Positions 49,241 to 60,126 of a stretch of 64,000 nucleotides of DNA are shown one piece after another. This DNA comes from Candidatus Aminicenantes bacterium (lineage in GTDB: Bacteria; Acidobacteriota; Aminicenantia; Aminicenantales; JAFGBC01). How positions within the stretch are numbered: position 1 is the stretch's first letter; each line of letters opens with the position of its first letter. The notes under the pieces were generated by a model. That model was not told where the DNA came from. It did no database searches and saw only the letters and a list, made by a program, of their open reading frames with translations. The position numbers were made by a program, and so were the translations under genes. The stretch is taken from assembly GCA_963702005.1 (NCBI GenBank), contig OY969696.1, positions 128,001-192,000 of the forward strand, written 5' to 3'.

Positions 49241-50676
49241 GGGTTCCCGTAAGGACATCGCTAAGTGAATAACCGTAAGGACATCGATAAGCGATTTGCT
49301 CATCGCTTAAACTCTTTCCCATTCCAGTGGGAAGGAGATCTTTGCGGTGAGCATCAAGAGCGAATATGAGACTCGGAAGAAAGCCATTGAAAATTACTAT
49401 GATGGGATTGGGTTTAACGAAATCCTCCGCACCGTCCATCGGAGCGGCTTTTGGCTCTCCAAATGGCTCAATCGCCATCGAAAATTCGGGCTTGATGGGC
49501 TTCGCGACCAAAGTCGGGTACCGAGACATATCCCCCATCAAACGCGGGAGCCCTTGGTCCGGAAAATCCTGGTCCTGCGCGACGAACTGGCGGCCCACAA
49601 GACCCGTCGCGCCGTTTTTGCCGGCATCGGCGCCGAAACGATCCATTTCGAGCTTCAGCGACGGGGCGTCCGCCAGCTTCCCGCCATCTCGACCATCGAG
49701 AAGATCCTGGCCCGCGCCGGACGAACGAAAAAGGCCAAGGCCAAACGCTCCTCCAACGGGCCTCCCTATCCCTACGTCCCGGCCCGTAAGATGGGCGACC
49801 TTCAGCAAACCGACCTGGTCGGGCCCCGTCATCTCCGCGGTCCTGCGGGAGTCACCCGCTTCTACTCCATCCACACCATCGACGCCGCCGGACAGACCAC
49901 TGCGGCCAGCCAGGTCCGCGACAAGAGAACGATCTCGCTCTGCCGTCATCTGGTTGATTCCTGGCAAGTTATGGGGCTTCCCCGAATCTCCCAGATGGAC
50001 AACGAGATGGCCGCGACGGGAGGGGGACGGTATCGCTACAGTCTCTCTCAGCTCATCCGGCTCCATCTTTTGTTGGGCATCCAGCTTCGCTTCATTCCCC
50101 CGAAAGAACCCGGCCGCAACGCCGCTATCGAAAGCTTCAATGCGGTCTGGCAGGCGCGGGTGCTCCGTCATCCCTGTCCGGATCTTCGGTCCTTGCGCCG
50201 CACGAGCGAACGATTCCTCCGCTACTACCACTTCGAGAAGCCGAATCGAAGCCTCCGGGCAACCGATCACGGCACCCGCTTTCCCGGCCAACTCCGCGAC
50301 CGGCTCTGGTCCGCACTTCGTCATCTCCCATCCGCCTTCAATCTCGATCAGCATCTCGATTCCCGGGGACACCTCGATCTGCCGATCGCCAAGGGCTGCG
50401 TCTCGTTCGTCCGCAAGGTGGATGCCCACGGTTGCATCGAATTCAACGGCGCCGCGTATTTCATCCTCCGTAGACTGGAACGACAGTACGTCGTGGCCAC
50501 ACTCTCGACGTACCATCGCAGAGTCTTCGTCAAGTACGAGGGGAAGGTTATCAAGACGTTTCCTTTTCCGTTCGTCGGTAAAGTCGTCGATCCGATCGCT
50601 TGAAGGCCGATCAGTTATCGATGTCCTTACGGTTTCACTCATTAAGAAACGCTTATCGATGTCCTTACGGCTGCCA
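49241..50676 (+). mobile_element. IS481-like insertion sequence with doubled terminal motifs
   Basis: CCGTAAGGACATCG at 49247 and 49273, inverted at 50619 and 50657, flanking a DDE transposase. Confidence 0.8.
49347..50603 (+). CDS. IS481-family-like DDE transposase
   Basis: N-terminal HTH KWLNRHRKFGLDGLRDQSR; QQTDL, QMDNE, IESFN. Confidence 0.85.
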   Translation: MSIKSEYETRKKAIENYYDGIGFNEILRTVHRSGFWLSKWLNRHRKFGLDGLRDQSRVPRHIPHQTREPLVRKILVLRDELAAHKTRRAVFAGIGAETIHFELQRRGVRQLPAISTIEKILARAGRTKKAKAKRSSNGPPYPYVPARKMGDLQQTDLVGPRHLRGPAGVTRFYSIHTIDAAGQTTAASQVRDKRTISLCRHLVDSWQVMGLPRISQMDNEMAATGGGRYRYSLSQLIRLHLLLGIQLRFIPPKEPGRNAAIESFNAVWQARVLRHPCPDLRSLRRTSERFLRYYHFEKPNRSLRATDHGTRFPGQLRDRLWSALRHLPSAFNLDQHLDSRGHLDLPIAKGCVSFVRKVDAHGCIEFNGAAYFILRRLERQYVVATLSTYHRRVFVKYEGKVIKTFPFPFVGKVVDPIA

Positions 50677-51197
50677 GCTAGGCAATATTATTTTGTTCGG
50701 CTTGGATAATAAAGTTGCGTTGCGCTTCCTTCCAAGAGTAGAAGGCAGAATGATTGACGCTCAATCGCCAACCAAATGATTTAGCTGCAACTTGGTCAGT
50801 TTCTAGAATCCTTCTTTTTGCTCACAGTGGCCACGATTGTGGCTACTCTGACGTTCTGCCGGTCAACAACCTTCTTGAGATTCTCGTCCAAAAAGGTGTG
50901 AGCAGAAATGCCTGGTGATGAGTCCGGCAAGCTCTTCGCTGACGGGACTCATGCGCTCACCCGTTTTGGGCTTCCAATCAATCTATTCCCTTATAGAAAT
51001 CCTCCGAATTCGCAAACTGCGTGAGATTGAACCCAGATCCTAGGATTCCCTAGCGGGTCTTGAATTACTTGAAAATTAGGCTTTTAATAATAGATCATGC
51101 AGGCGGATATTCTTGGGCGCTTCCGCCTTGGAGTAAGCAACGGAAAGGCAATCAAGAAGCAACGCTATCGCTGATAATAAACAAAGGAGCATGCAGA

Positions 51198-52826
51198 ATG
51201 AGAATCAGCAGGAATGTGAGTCGGATTTTGATGATGACGTTATTGTTATTTTCTGTGTTCCGGTTGTGCTTTCCGTGCACTTCCATAATCGTGACTAAGG
51301 GCGCGTCCGCCGACGGATCGGTGATCATCAGCTATTCCTGCGACGGAGAATTCCTTCCCCGGTTGCGGCTCTTGCCGGCCGCGGATCACGGCCCGGGGGA
51401 AAAAATTGAAATCAGGGGATTCGAAGGCAAGAAGGGCGAGATTCCCCAGGTTGCCCACACTTATCGAGTGCTCGACCTCATGAATGAATTCCAACTGGCC
51501 ATCGGGGAGACGACCTTTGACGGCCGCCTCGACCTCGTCAACCCGGACGGCCTGCTTCCTTATTGGGAACTAATGGTCATTACTCTGCAGCGGGCCAAGA
51601 CGGCCCGCGAGGCCATCAAGGTCATGACCGACCTCGTCGACGAATATGGCTACGCCAGCAGCGGGGAATCCTTTTCCATCGGCGATAAGGAGGAAGCCTG
51701 GATACTGGAGATGATCGGAACGGGGAAGGGGGGACACGGGGCCGTCTGGGTGGCGCAGAGAATCCCGGACGGCATGATCTGTGCTCACGCCAACATGTCC
51801 CGCATCGGCGAATTTCCGCTGAACGACCCTGAAAATTGCCTTTATTCGAAAAACGTCATCTCGTTGGCCGTAGACAAAGGCTTTTACAACCCGAAGATCG
51901 GGCCCTTTAATTTTTCCCTGGCCTACAATCCTCCCAGCGAGGACCAGGTCAGATACTCCGCCCGGCGGGTCTGGAGTATTTTCCGTCGGGCGGCGCCGTC
52001 GTCGAATCTTTCCCCCGACTTCAGCTCCTCGGTCAAGAACGCCAAGCCCTATCCGCTCTGGATTAAGCCGGACAACAAGCTTTCCGTTCGGGATGTCATG
52101 GCCCTCCATCGGGATCATTATGAGGGAACCGCCTTTGACATGACCAAGGATCTCAGCGCCGGGCCTTTTGGCGCGCCGGACCGCTGGCGGCCGATCAACT
52201 GGGAGATCGAGGGGAAGTCCTATGCCTGGGAGCGCCCGATTTCCACCCAGCAGGTCGGGTTCATTTTCGTCTCTCAGTCAAGGTCCGCCGTCCCGGATTC
52301 CGTGGGCGGGGTCTTCTGGTATGGAATGGACAACCCTTATACCAATTTCTTTATTCCGCTCTACACGACCATCACCGAGTTGCCCGAGGCCTACACCAAG
52401 GGTTCCATCCAATCCTTCAGCCGGGATTCCGCCTGGTGGACGTTTAATTTTGTCGCAAATTACGCCAACTTGCGATACAGCGACATGATTGTGGATATTC
52501 AGAAAGCCCAGAAGGAAATCGAGAATTTGGAATTCAACCTTCAACCGGCCATCGAACAAAGTGCGCTGAACCTGCTGAGCTCCAATCCGCAGATGATTCC
52601 AGGTTTCCTGACGCGCTACTGCGTTTCCAACGCCCAGATGAACCTGGATCGATGGTGGAAGCTGGCCGAGTTTCTTATAACCAAGTATAACGACGGCTAT
52701 GTTCAAGATGAGAAAGGGCATCCCCGGGAGGTCGGCTATCCCGAAAAATGGCTGAGAGAGGAACTGAAGAAGAATCCCGAAAAATTCATTCTCAAAGAGA
52801 AGCGACGCGGGCAAAAAGAGCTCTGA
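51198..52826 (+). CDS. Peptidase family C69 (dipeptidase/secernin-like), secreted
   Basis: Signal peptide then CTSIIVTKGASADGS, MNEFQLAIGETT, ESFSIGDKEEAWILE. Confidence 0.9.
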   Translation: MRISRNVSRILMMTLLLFSVFRLCFPCTSIIVTKGASADGSVIISYSCDGEFLPRLRLLPAADHGPGEKIEIRGFEGKKGEIPQVAHTYRVLDLMNEFQLAIGETTFDGRLDLVNPDGLLPYWELMVITLQRAKTAREAIKVMTDLVDEYGYASSGESFSIGDKEEAWILEMIGTGKGGHGAVWVAQRIPDGMICAHANMSRIGEFPLNDPENCLYSKNVISLAVDKGFYNPKIGPFNFSLAYNPPSEDQVRYSARRVWSIFRRAAPSSNLSPDFSSSVKNAKPYPLWIKPDNKLSVRDVMALHRDHYEGTAFDMTKDLSAGPFGAPDRWRPINWEIEGKSYAWERPISTQQVGFIFVSQSRSAVPDSVGGVFWYGMDNPYTNFFIPLYTTITELPEAYTKGSIQSFSRDSAWWTFNFVANYANLRYSDMIVDIQKAQKEIENLEFNLQPAIEQSALNLLSSNPQMIPGFLTRYCVSNAQMNLDRWWKLAEFLITKYNDGYVQDEKGHPREVGYPEKWLREELKKNPEKFILKEKRRGQKEL

Positions 52827-52920
52827 TAGCCCGCCCGGCGTATTTCTTGAAAAGGCCTTAGATCAGGGCGTTAGTCCGGTGGCCTTCCCGGGTTTTCTGG
52901 CCGATGAATAGGCATTGGAG

Positions 52921-54003
52921 ATGAAAATGAGATTGAAAAAGATCTTGCTTGTTCTGTGGCCCGTACTATCAGTCCTTATCCCCTTGCGACAGGGACTCGC
53001 CCAAACGACCGTCAACCCCGACATCAGCTTTATCGGCGATATGAGGCTCACCGGACTTCATGATGCCGCTCCCGCCGTGGGCAAGAATAAGATGCTTTTT
53101 GATTTTCACGAGCTGGAGATCACCGCCGGAAGTCATCTGAACCCCTACGCTCGCGCTGATGTGACCTTGGGGATTACTCAAAGCGGGATCGACATTGAAG
53201 AGGCCTATGCCACGCTTCTCCGCGGACTTCCTTTGAATCTGCAGATCAAGGCCGGCCAATACCGGGTGGATTTCGGGAAACTCAATACTCAACATACACA
53301 TCAATGGCCTTGGGTTGAAAGGCCTTTGATGTTTAAGCGCTTCTTCGGCGAAGAGGGACTGGATGCCGCCGGGGTGAACATCTCGAGCCTAGTTAGTCTC
53401 GGAAGCAGCGCCCTCACGCTTTCCGGAAATGTTTTCAGCGGCGGTTCTTATTGGGGAGATTCCAAGGGCCGAACCCTCGATAATCTGGCCGAGAGCGCCA
53501 GGATCTCGGTTTTCGCGCCTTTGATGAATCACGCCAATCTCGAAATAGGCATTTCCGGACTCACGACGCGGGAAGGCGCCGCGCCGGGCGGCCGGACGAC
53601 GATGGGGGATTTCGATTTAAAGTATAAATGGCGGCCGGACATGTACCATTCAATCGTTTTCATAGCTGAAGCTTTGATCGGTTCCCGGCTTGCGGCCGGG
53701 GACAACGCAGCCCTCGAGGAGCCGGCGCGGATCACGGCCACCGGGTTCTTTGCCGCCCTCGACGTTCAATTCCGACGGCAGTATAATGCGGGAGCCTTTA
53801 TTGATTATTGTCAAGATCCGACGCCGGAGAAGGGCCATCAGACCGGTTTCGGCGTTTTTGCCGGCTTCTCTCTCGTTGAAGAAACCTACCGCATCGGCCT
53901 TCTCTTGAGACAGGACCAGGGCCCGGCGTTCCCCAGGCCTTATCAGACGGTCTGCCTTCAGCTTTTGTGGTCTTTGGGGCCCCACCAACCACACCAATTT
54001 TAG
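52921..54003 (+). CDS. Outer-membrane beta-barrel protein associated with metal ABC uptake
   Basis: Signal peptide, NPDISFIGD, EEAYATL, FGKLNTQHTH, C-terminal GPHQPHQF. Confidence 0.7.
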   Translation: MKMRLKKILLVLWPVLSVLIPLRQGLAQTTVNPDISFIGDMRLTGLHDAAPAVGKNKMLFDFHELEITAGSHLNPYARADVTLGITQSGIDIEEAYATLLRGLPLNLQIKAGQYRVDFGKLNTQHTHQWPWVERPLMFKRFFGEEGLDAAGVNISSLVSLGSSALTLSGNVFSGGSYWGDSKGRTLDNLAESARISVFAPLMNHANLEIGISGLTTREGAAPGGRTTMGDFDLKYKWRPDMYHSIVFIAEALIGSRLAAGDNAALEEPARITATGFFAALDVQFRRQYNAGAFIDYCQDPTPEKGHQTGFGVFAGFSLVEETYRIGLLLRQDQGPAFPRPYQTVCLQLLWSLGPHQPHQF

Positions 54004-54015
54004 GGAGATGGGATC

Positions 54016-54912
54016 ATGAAATATCGATGGGCGATTATTGTTTTCGCAACAGCTATTATGACGATCTACGCCGGTGCTGCGGTTCAGGTCGTGACCTCGA
54101 CGACGGACCTGAAATCAATCGCTGAATATATCGGCGGCCACCAGATCAACGTAAGGTCCATCACCACGGGGAAGGACAATCCTCATTTCGTCGAAGTCCT
54201 CCCCAACTATATGGTGATGGTCTCCAAAGCCTCCCTCTATCTCAAAATTGGTCTGGGGCTTGATTTTTGGGCGGACCCGATCATCGACGGCTCCCGTAAC
54301 GGCCGGCTGGTAGTCGTGGATTGTTCGGAAGGCGTAGAAGTCCTGGAGAAGCCCTCGGGTAAGGTCGATGCCTCGATGGGCGATGTCCATCCTCAGGGGA
54401 ATCCGCATTATTGGCTGGATCCTCGGAATGGCCTGATCATGGCCAGAAATATCGAAACGGCATTGGCTCGGGTAGATCCCGGCAACGCCAAGCTCTATGA
54501 AGCGAACCTCCAGAAGTTTGAGGCGGAGCTCGGAACGAAGATCGAAACCTGGCAAAAAGCGGCGGAGGGCCTCAAGGGGCTGGAAATCGTTACTTTCCAT
54601 AATTCCTGGCCCTATTTTTGCAAGTTTCTCGGTATCAAAGTGGCCGGTTTCATCGAGCCGAAGCCGGGGATCGAGCCGACCGCATCCCATATCGCGGAGC
54701 TGATCGATCTCATGAAATCCCGCGGAATCCGGATCATCGGAAAGGAACCGTATTATTCCGACAGGGCACCGAACATGATCGCCGCCAGCACCGGGGCCAA
54801 AATCGTCGATCTCCCTCCTTCGGTTGAGGGATCGGAGAGAACCGAAACCTATTTTTTACTTTTCGAAACACTGCTTTCTCGTTTGTCCTCGGCGGCAAGG
54901 AGCATTCCATGA
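54016..54912 (+). CDS. ZnuA/TroA-like metal ABC substrate-binding protein
   Basis: VVTSTTDL, NPHF, GDVHPQGNPHYWLDP, FHNSWPYF, EPKPGIEP. Confidence 0.9.
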   Translation: MKYRWAIIVFATAIMTIYAGAAVQVVTSTTDLKSIAEYIGGHQINVRSITTGKDNPHFVEVLPNYMVMVSKASLYLKIGLGLDFWADPIIDGSRNGRLVVVDCSEGVEVLEKPSGKVDASMGDVHPQGNPHYWLDPRNGLIMARNIETALARVDPGNAKLYEANLQKFEAELGTKIETWQKAAEGLKGLEIVTFHNSWPYFCKFLGIKVAGFIEPKPGIEPTASHIAELIDLMKSRGIRIIGKEPYYSDRAPNMIAASTGAKIVDLPPSVEGSERTETYFLLFETLLSRLSSAARSIP

Positions 54913-55778
54913 TCCATATGTTCTCCTATCCGTTCGTTCAAATGGCCCTTTTAGCGGCTTTGATCCTCGCGGGGATCCATTCCTATCTGGGATTCCATGT
55001 CGTCAGCCGCGGCGTCATCTTCGTTGATATTTCGATGGCCCAGGCTGCGGCTTTCGGCTCCGTCTTGGGGCTCACCTTGGGATGGGCCCAGCATTCTTGG
55101 CCCACCTATTTCGTGAGCTTGTTCTTTACGCTGGCCGCAGCGGCCCTCATCTCCGTATCGCGTATTCGCGATAACCGAATCCCCCAGGAAGCTTTTATCG
55201 GCATCATATACGCCGGCTTTGCGACGTTAGTCATGTTGCTTTTGGCGAAGCACGCCGGCGGATCGGAAGAGCTCGAAGAAGTTCTGGCCGGATCCCTCTT
55301 GACGATCCAAATCCACGATCTGATATCCACCGCCCTTCTTTACGCCGGGATCGGAGCATTTCATTGGCTTTTGAGAGCACGCTTTTTCCGTATTTCTCAA
55401 GACCGAGCAAGTGTCGTCCAAGACGGCTGGAAGGTCGGTTGGTGGGATTTCCTTTTTTACGCATCGTTTGGGCTCGTTGTGACCTCATCGGTGCACGTAG
55501 CAGGAGTCATGCTTGTCTTCTCATTTTTGATTATTCCGCCCGTCATAGCGCTTCTGTTCACCCGGAAACAGAGCTTGAGGCTCGTGCTCGGTTGGTCGGT
55601 CGCATTTGCGGGAAGCGTCGCCGGGATCATGATCTCTGTCGGAATGAACCTTCCGACCGGCCCATCGATCGTCGCGTCCCTGATCGTCTTCCTGCTGATT
55701 GCCGTGGCGATCAGGCGGTTGATGACTTTGTTGGCGACGTCACGCAAGAAGATCAGCAAATCCGCTGGAGCGAAATAA
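54909..55778 (+). CDS. ZnuB-like ABC-3 metal permease
   Basis: Hydrophobic; YLGFHVVSRGVIFVDISMAQ, GVMLVFSFLIIP, LPTGP. Confidence 0.9.
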   Translation: MIHMFSYPFVQMALLAALILAGIHSYLGFHVVSRGVIFVDISMAQAAAFGSVLGLTLGWAQHSWPTYFVSLFFTLAAAALISVSRIRDNRIPQEAFIGIIYAGFATLVMLLLAKHAGGSEELEEVLAGSLLTIQIHDLISTALLYAGIGAFHWLLRARFFRISQDRASVVQDGWKVGWWDFLFYASFGLVVTSSVHVAGVMLVFSFLIIPPVIALLFTRKQSLRLVLGWSVAFAGSVAGIMISVGMNLPTGPSIVASLIVFLLIAVAIRRLMTLLATSRKKISKSAGAK

Positions 55779-55881
55779 TGTTGCCGCCCTTGGCGACGAA
55801 GTTGCTGGCGAATGTGTGCCTGAGATCGTGAAGCCGGTGACCTACAGAGACAGGCTGGTGGACTGATATAGAAAAATATTT

Positions 55882-57934
55882 CTACATGAAAATCCGGAGA
55901 ATCCTCATGAAAATCCCGCCAACCAGGATCGCGAAAAATATTTTGAACACCGTGATGAATCCCGCCTTCTTCCACCCGGTTTCCTTCACCAGCGCCGCTA
56001 TGGTCGCCGCGCACGGGATGTAGAGCATCGTCACGAGCGTGAACACCAGCATCTGGACGGGCGTCATGACGGCGGCAAGGTTGGCCGCACCGAAAAGCGA
56101 GGTCAGCATTATGAGCGTGAGCTCTTTCCTGATTATTCCGAACACGAAGGCTATCCCCGCGACCGCGGGAAGACCGAGCCACAGCACCGTGACCGGATAA
56201 AGCGCGCCCGACACCGGCGCCAGCATCCCCAATGCCTTCATCAGGTTGATCACGACTGCGCTCGCTATTATGATGGGGAAAGCGACGAACACGAAATCCT
56301 TCATCTTGTACCAGGCCTCCCTGACGGTCGTCCTAAACTGCGGCACGCGCATGTCCGGTATCTCCATGATGAGGCCTACCGACTCGCCGGGAAGGACTCT
56401 GAAGGCTATTTTTCCCAGGGCGAATATTATGAGCAGGTCGATGGCGTAAAGCCCGATGGCCCACAACAGGCTCACGTATTTTGCGACGAGCCCGAGCACG
56501 ACGGCGGTTACGGCCGCGCACGGTATCATCGAAGTCACGAAAATGGCCAGCATGCGCTCCCTTTTCGTTTCCATCACCCTGCACCCGAGGCAGGCGGGGA
56601 CGTTGCATCCGAATCCCATGATCATCGGTATGAAGGCCTTGCCGTGCAGGCCTATCTTGTGCATGGCGCTGTCCATGAGGAAGGCCATCCTGGCCAGGTA
56701 TCCCGAATCCTCGAGCAGCCCGAGGATGAGGTAGAACGGGAGTATGTACGGCACGACCACCGTCACCGCGGCGACCATGCCCTCCATGAATCCCGTCAGA
56801 GTGCCGGCAACCACGCCGCTGCCCGCAATGGAACGGACGGCATTGACGAAGTCAAGGAGATATCCTTCCATGAGGCCGGACAGGAAATTGCCGAAGGAAA
56901 AAAGCGAAATGAAAACAAGGACTATGATTCCCGCCATGATTGGATAGCCCCATATCCTGTGAAGCAGCAGGTCCGCGAACCTCGACGATACGGGCCTGTC
57001 GGGGACGGTCGCCTTCTGGACCCTGCGGGTTATGTTGCCGACGGCCGCGTATTTTTCGCAGGCCATCGCGGTCGGGCATGAATGGTCATGGATGGTTTCT
57101 ATATTTCTCGATATCTTCCTTGCCGCGGCCACGGTCTCCTTGTCCATGCTTCCGGCGACTTCGGCGTCCTCCTCGAGGAGCTTTATGGCCTTCCATCTCG
57201 CGGGAAGGCCCTTCAAAGACGCGTTCTTTTTCACCATTTTCTCGATCTTGCCTATGCTATTTTCTATTTCCTTGCCGTAGACGATTTTCACGGGCTTCCT
57301 TTTATTCAGGCAGACCCTAATCGTCTCTTCCACCGCCTCATAGATCCCGGTCCCCCTAACCGCGACGGCGGGAATCACCGGAATGCCGAGCGCCTTCGAG
57401 AAGCTCCTCGTAATCTATAAAGATGCCCTTCTTCTCCGCCATGTCCGTCTGGTTGAGGACGACGACCATGGGAATTTCGAACTCCATCAGCTGGAGCGTG
57501 AGAAAAAGATTTCTTTCAAAAACGGAGGCGTCTACGACGTTTATCAGCACGTCCGGCTTCTCTTTGGCTATGTACTCCCTCGTCACTTCCTCCTCGATGG
57601 AATACGTGGAAATGGAATATATCCCCGGCAGGTCTATGACGTCGATTTCGTAACCCTTGAAATGGAACGTTCCCTCCGCCCTCTCGACGGTCTTGCCGGG
57701 CCAGTTCCCGATGTGCTGGTGAAGCTTGGTGAGGTAGTTGAATATGACGGACTTGCCGACGTTCGCGTTACCGGCCAGGGCGAATCTAAGCTTTTTAGAA
57801 ATCCCGGCCTCGCTTGGCCCGCCGGGACCCCCGGATTTGGCGGAAGCGCTGAATACGCCCGGCTTTTCGCAACCTGCAAAGTAGGAAGCCATCCGACTTG
57901 CACTGTCAGTCTTTTTCGTCCGAATCTTGGTCAT
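55882..57934 (-). pseudogene. feoB: Ferrous iron transporter FeoB split by a single-base frameshift near 57400
   Basis: G-domain [20 protein letters not shown] in 57356-57934; membrane part GFGCNVP in 55882-57378; removing one base restores [13 protein letters not shown]. Confidence 0.85.
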
Positions 57935-58593
57935 CCGTCCACCTTGAGGTATATCTTTTGTGCCATGCCCCTTCCTATCGCCAGAGAAGAACCCCTCACC
58001 CGTATCTCCACGGGTCCCCCGAGCGGCGCGGTCCTGGACACGCTGATTTCCGCCCCCGGCGTGAGGCCCATGTCCTCGAGCCTCCTTTTTGCCTGCTGGC
58101 CGGAATCAATCGAAACGACCGCGCCCTGCTGGCCGGGCTTCATGTCCGCCAGCGAGACCATTCCCTTCCTTTTAACGCGCGTCTCGCCGATTTCCTTCTT
58201 GATGGCATTCTCGAGGTCCTTCGATACCGTATGCTCCAGCCTGCACGCTTCGTTGTGGACTTTGTTCTTCGAGATACCGATCGCGATGAGGAATCTTTCC
58301 ATGAGGCGGTGCTTCCTGAGGACGGTCTTGCCGATCGCTTTTCCCTTTGCCGTGAGAGCCGCGCCTCCGTAAGGCTCGTACCTCAGGTACCCTTTATTGT
58401 CGAGCTTCCTGAGCATTTCGGACACGCTCGGCGCGGAAATCCCCAGCTCGCCGGCTATCGCGGTCGTCGTGGGCCTTCTCCCTTTCTCCGTTATCCTGTA
58501 TATAGTCTCGAGATACTCCTCGACGTTCTCTGATTCCGTGGTATACCCGGTCCCAGATTCTCTTGGATTTTTCCCGACTGATTTCGTGCTCAT
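57931..58593 (-). CDS. DtxR/MntR-family metal-dependent regulator with a FeoA domain
   Basis: [50 protein letters not shown]. Confidence 0.9.
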   Translation of the reverse strand: MSTKSVGKNPRESGTGYTTESENVEEYLETIYRITEKGRRPTTTAIAGELGISAPSVSEMLRKLDNKGYLRYEPYGGAALTAKGKAIGKTVLRKHRLMERFLIAIGISKNKVHNEACRLEHTVSKDLENAIKKEIGETRVKRKGMVSLADMKPGQQGAVVSIDSGQQAKRRLEDMGLTPGAEISVSRTAPLGGPVEIRVRGSSLAIGRGMAQKIYLKVDG

Positions 58594-58603
58594 ACGATCT
58601 TAT

Positions 58604-58617
58604 TTAGGCATGCCTAA
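58604..58617. promoter_or_regulatory. DtxR-type operator palindrome
   Basis: TTAGGCATGCCTAA immediately upstream of the regulator start. Confidence 0.75.
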
Positions 58618-58655
58618 GTATTTAAGTTAAGAAGATATATTATAATTGAGGTTGT

Positions 58656-58769
58656 GTCAACCTTTCGACTCCCCGGCACGAATGCCGGGGCTTGTTCAGG
58701 GTTAACCCTGAGCCTCGCCTCTCGTCCCCGCCTTGAAAGGCGGGGCTTGGCGTCGGCGAGCGGGTCAAT
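58656..58769. mobile_element. Non-autonomous palindromic element (IS200/IS605-end or REP-like)
   Basis: GTCAA at both ends; hairpins CCCCGGCACGAATGCCGGGG-CTTG, TCAGGGTTAACCCTGA, CCCCGCCTTGAAAGGCGGGG-CTTG. Confidence 0.6.
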
Positions 58770-58789
58770 GACCTGCCCTTGAAGTTGAT

Positions 58790-59120
58790 CGCTAAAAGGG
58801 CCGCGAGCGTCGTCCTGACCCAAGCCGGGCTGACGAACATCATGGCCTTGGTCGAGCAGGGGGCGAATTATCCGCCAGCGCATTCTGACCTGGATCATCA
58901 ATAAGATCAGCCGGACGATCCTGAAGGCGGCTTTCGTGGCCATCGCCTTCGTGGCGACCGGCAAGTTCGTCGTCTCCGCCTTTGCGATGCTGCTGCTCGT
59001 CTTCATGACGGACTTCGCGAAGATCTCCCTGGCCACCGACCACGTTCGACCGTCCGGAAAACCGAAGACGAGGAACATCGGGGGTTACATCACCGTGTCC
59101 GTGGCGCTGGGCGTTGCGAT
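58790..59120 (+). pseudogene. Internal fragment of a P-type (H+-type) ATPase
   Basis: AASVVLTQAGLTNIMALVEQGR...WIINKISRT...LLVFMTDFAKISLATDHVRPS. Confidence 0.7.
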
Positions 59121-59381
59121 CGAAGGGAGGCTTGTTGAATCACATTAAATGTAACCCAAACTCTGGTCCCGCGAGCTGCTCCCCTCGCGGGCGTTCTTCC
59201 TCCAATGCATCGCCCCACTGTTTATTCACAAGTCCATCCATCTTCTCGCGCCAAGTCATCGCGACATTCACGAGCGGACGGATTCAAACCGACATCGAGC
59301 CTGAGCTCCGAGAGATTTCGAGACCCTCCCTTCTCGAAAAATAGCCTCTATCTCCTTTTGGGGACACAAAGAATTTTATGG

Positions 59382-59411
59382 TTGACATTGTTATGAGCAT
59401 ATGCTTATAAT
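59382..59411 (+). promoter_or_regulatory. Sigma70-type promoter with an overlapping palindromic operator
   Basis: TTGACA(59382)-18 bp-TATAAT(59406); near-palindrome TTATGAGCATATGCTTATAA at 59391-59410. Confidence 0.75.
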
Positions 59412-59417
59412 GTCATC

Positions 59418-59717
59418 GTGGCCAGGCCGAAAAAGTGCAGATGTATTAATTGCACCCCCAATGCTTTTTATTTTAAGCCGAGGGGGATTCCCATGTTCCG
59501 ACTTGAGGAGATATCCCTGAGCCTCGATGAACTCGAGGCGATAAGGCTCGCCGACTACGAAGGGCGTTACCACGAAGAAGCCGCGACCGGGATGAAGGTG
59601 TCGCGCGCAACCTTCGGAAGGATATTGAACAAGGCCCGCAACAAGGTCGCTGAAGCGATCATCTTTGGTAAAGCCTTACGCATAGAGACAAACCCAGACC
59701 AAGGAGGCAACAGATGA
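59418..59717 (+). CDS. DUF134-family DNA-binding protein
   Basis: MARPKKCR, YFKPRGIP, DELEAIRLAD, MKVSRATF. Confidence 0.9.
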   Translation: MARPKKCRCINCTPNAFYFKPRGIPMFRLEEISLSLDELEAIRLADYEGRYHEEAATGMKVSRATFGRILNKARNKVAEAIIFGKALRIETNPDQGGNR

Positions 59718-60097
59718 AAGTATGTTTCGCAGTTCAAAAAGATGACGGCGTTGAAAGTGCGGTTTATGACCATTTCGGTTCTGCTCCCGCATTTATCGTC
59801 GTGGATACCGAGCTTGACAAGACAGTAACGGTCAATAATCGTGATCTGAACCACGTCCACGGGGCCTGCAATCCGATCCAGGCCCTAGGCGGACTCAGCG
59901 TCGATGCGTTGGTCGTCGGGGGCATAGGGGCTGGAGCCATCACGAAGCTCAAGGCGCAAGGGATCAAAGTTTACCGCTCTGCGGCAGCGACGGTGAAACA
60001 GAACCTGGACCTGCTGAAAGAGAATAAGCTGCCCGAACTCTCAGTGCGGAACGCTTGCGGCGGACATCAAGAAAGCCAGGGGGGCTGCTCACGCTAA
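59714..60097 (+). CDS. NifB/NifX-family (FeMo-cofactor-binding-like) protein
   Basis: HFGSAPAF, HGACNP, VGGIGAGA. Confidence 0.85.
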   Translation: MKVCFAVQKDDGVESAVYDHFGSAPAFIVVDTELDKTVTVNNRDLNHVHGACNPIQALGGLSVDALVVGGIGAGAITKLKAQGIKVYRSAAATVKQNLDLLKENKLPELSVRNACGGHQESQGGCSR

Positions 60098-60126
60098 CAC
60101 CCCGACAGAAACGCGGAGGAGAACCT

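Noticed and set aside
49236-50709. 468-aa minus-strand and 447-aa alternate-frame ORFs over the IS
   Set aside because: No recognisable motifs; the DDE transposase frame explains the region
57383-58372. 329-aa plus-strand ORF
   Set aside because: Antisense to feoB and dtxR
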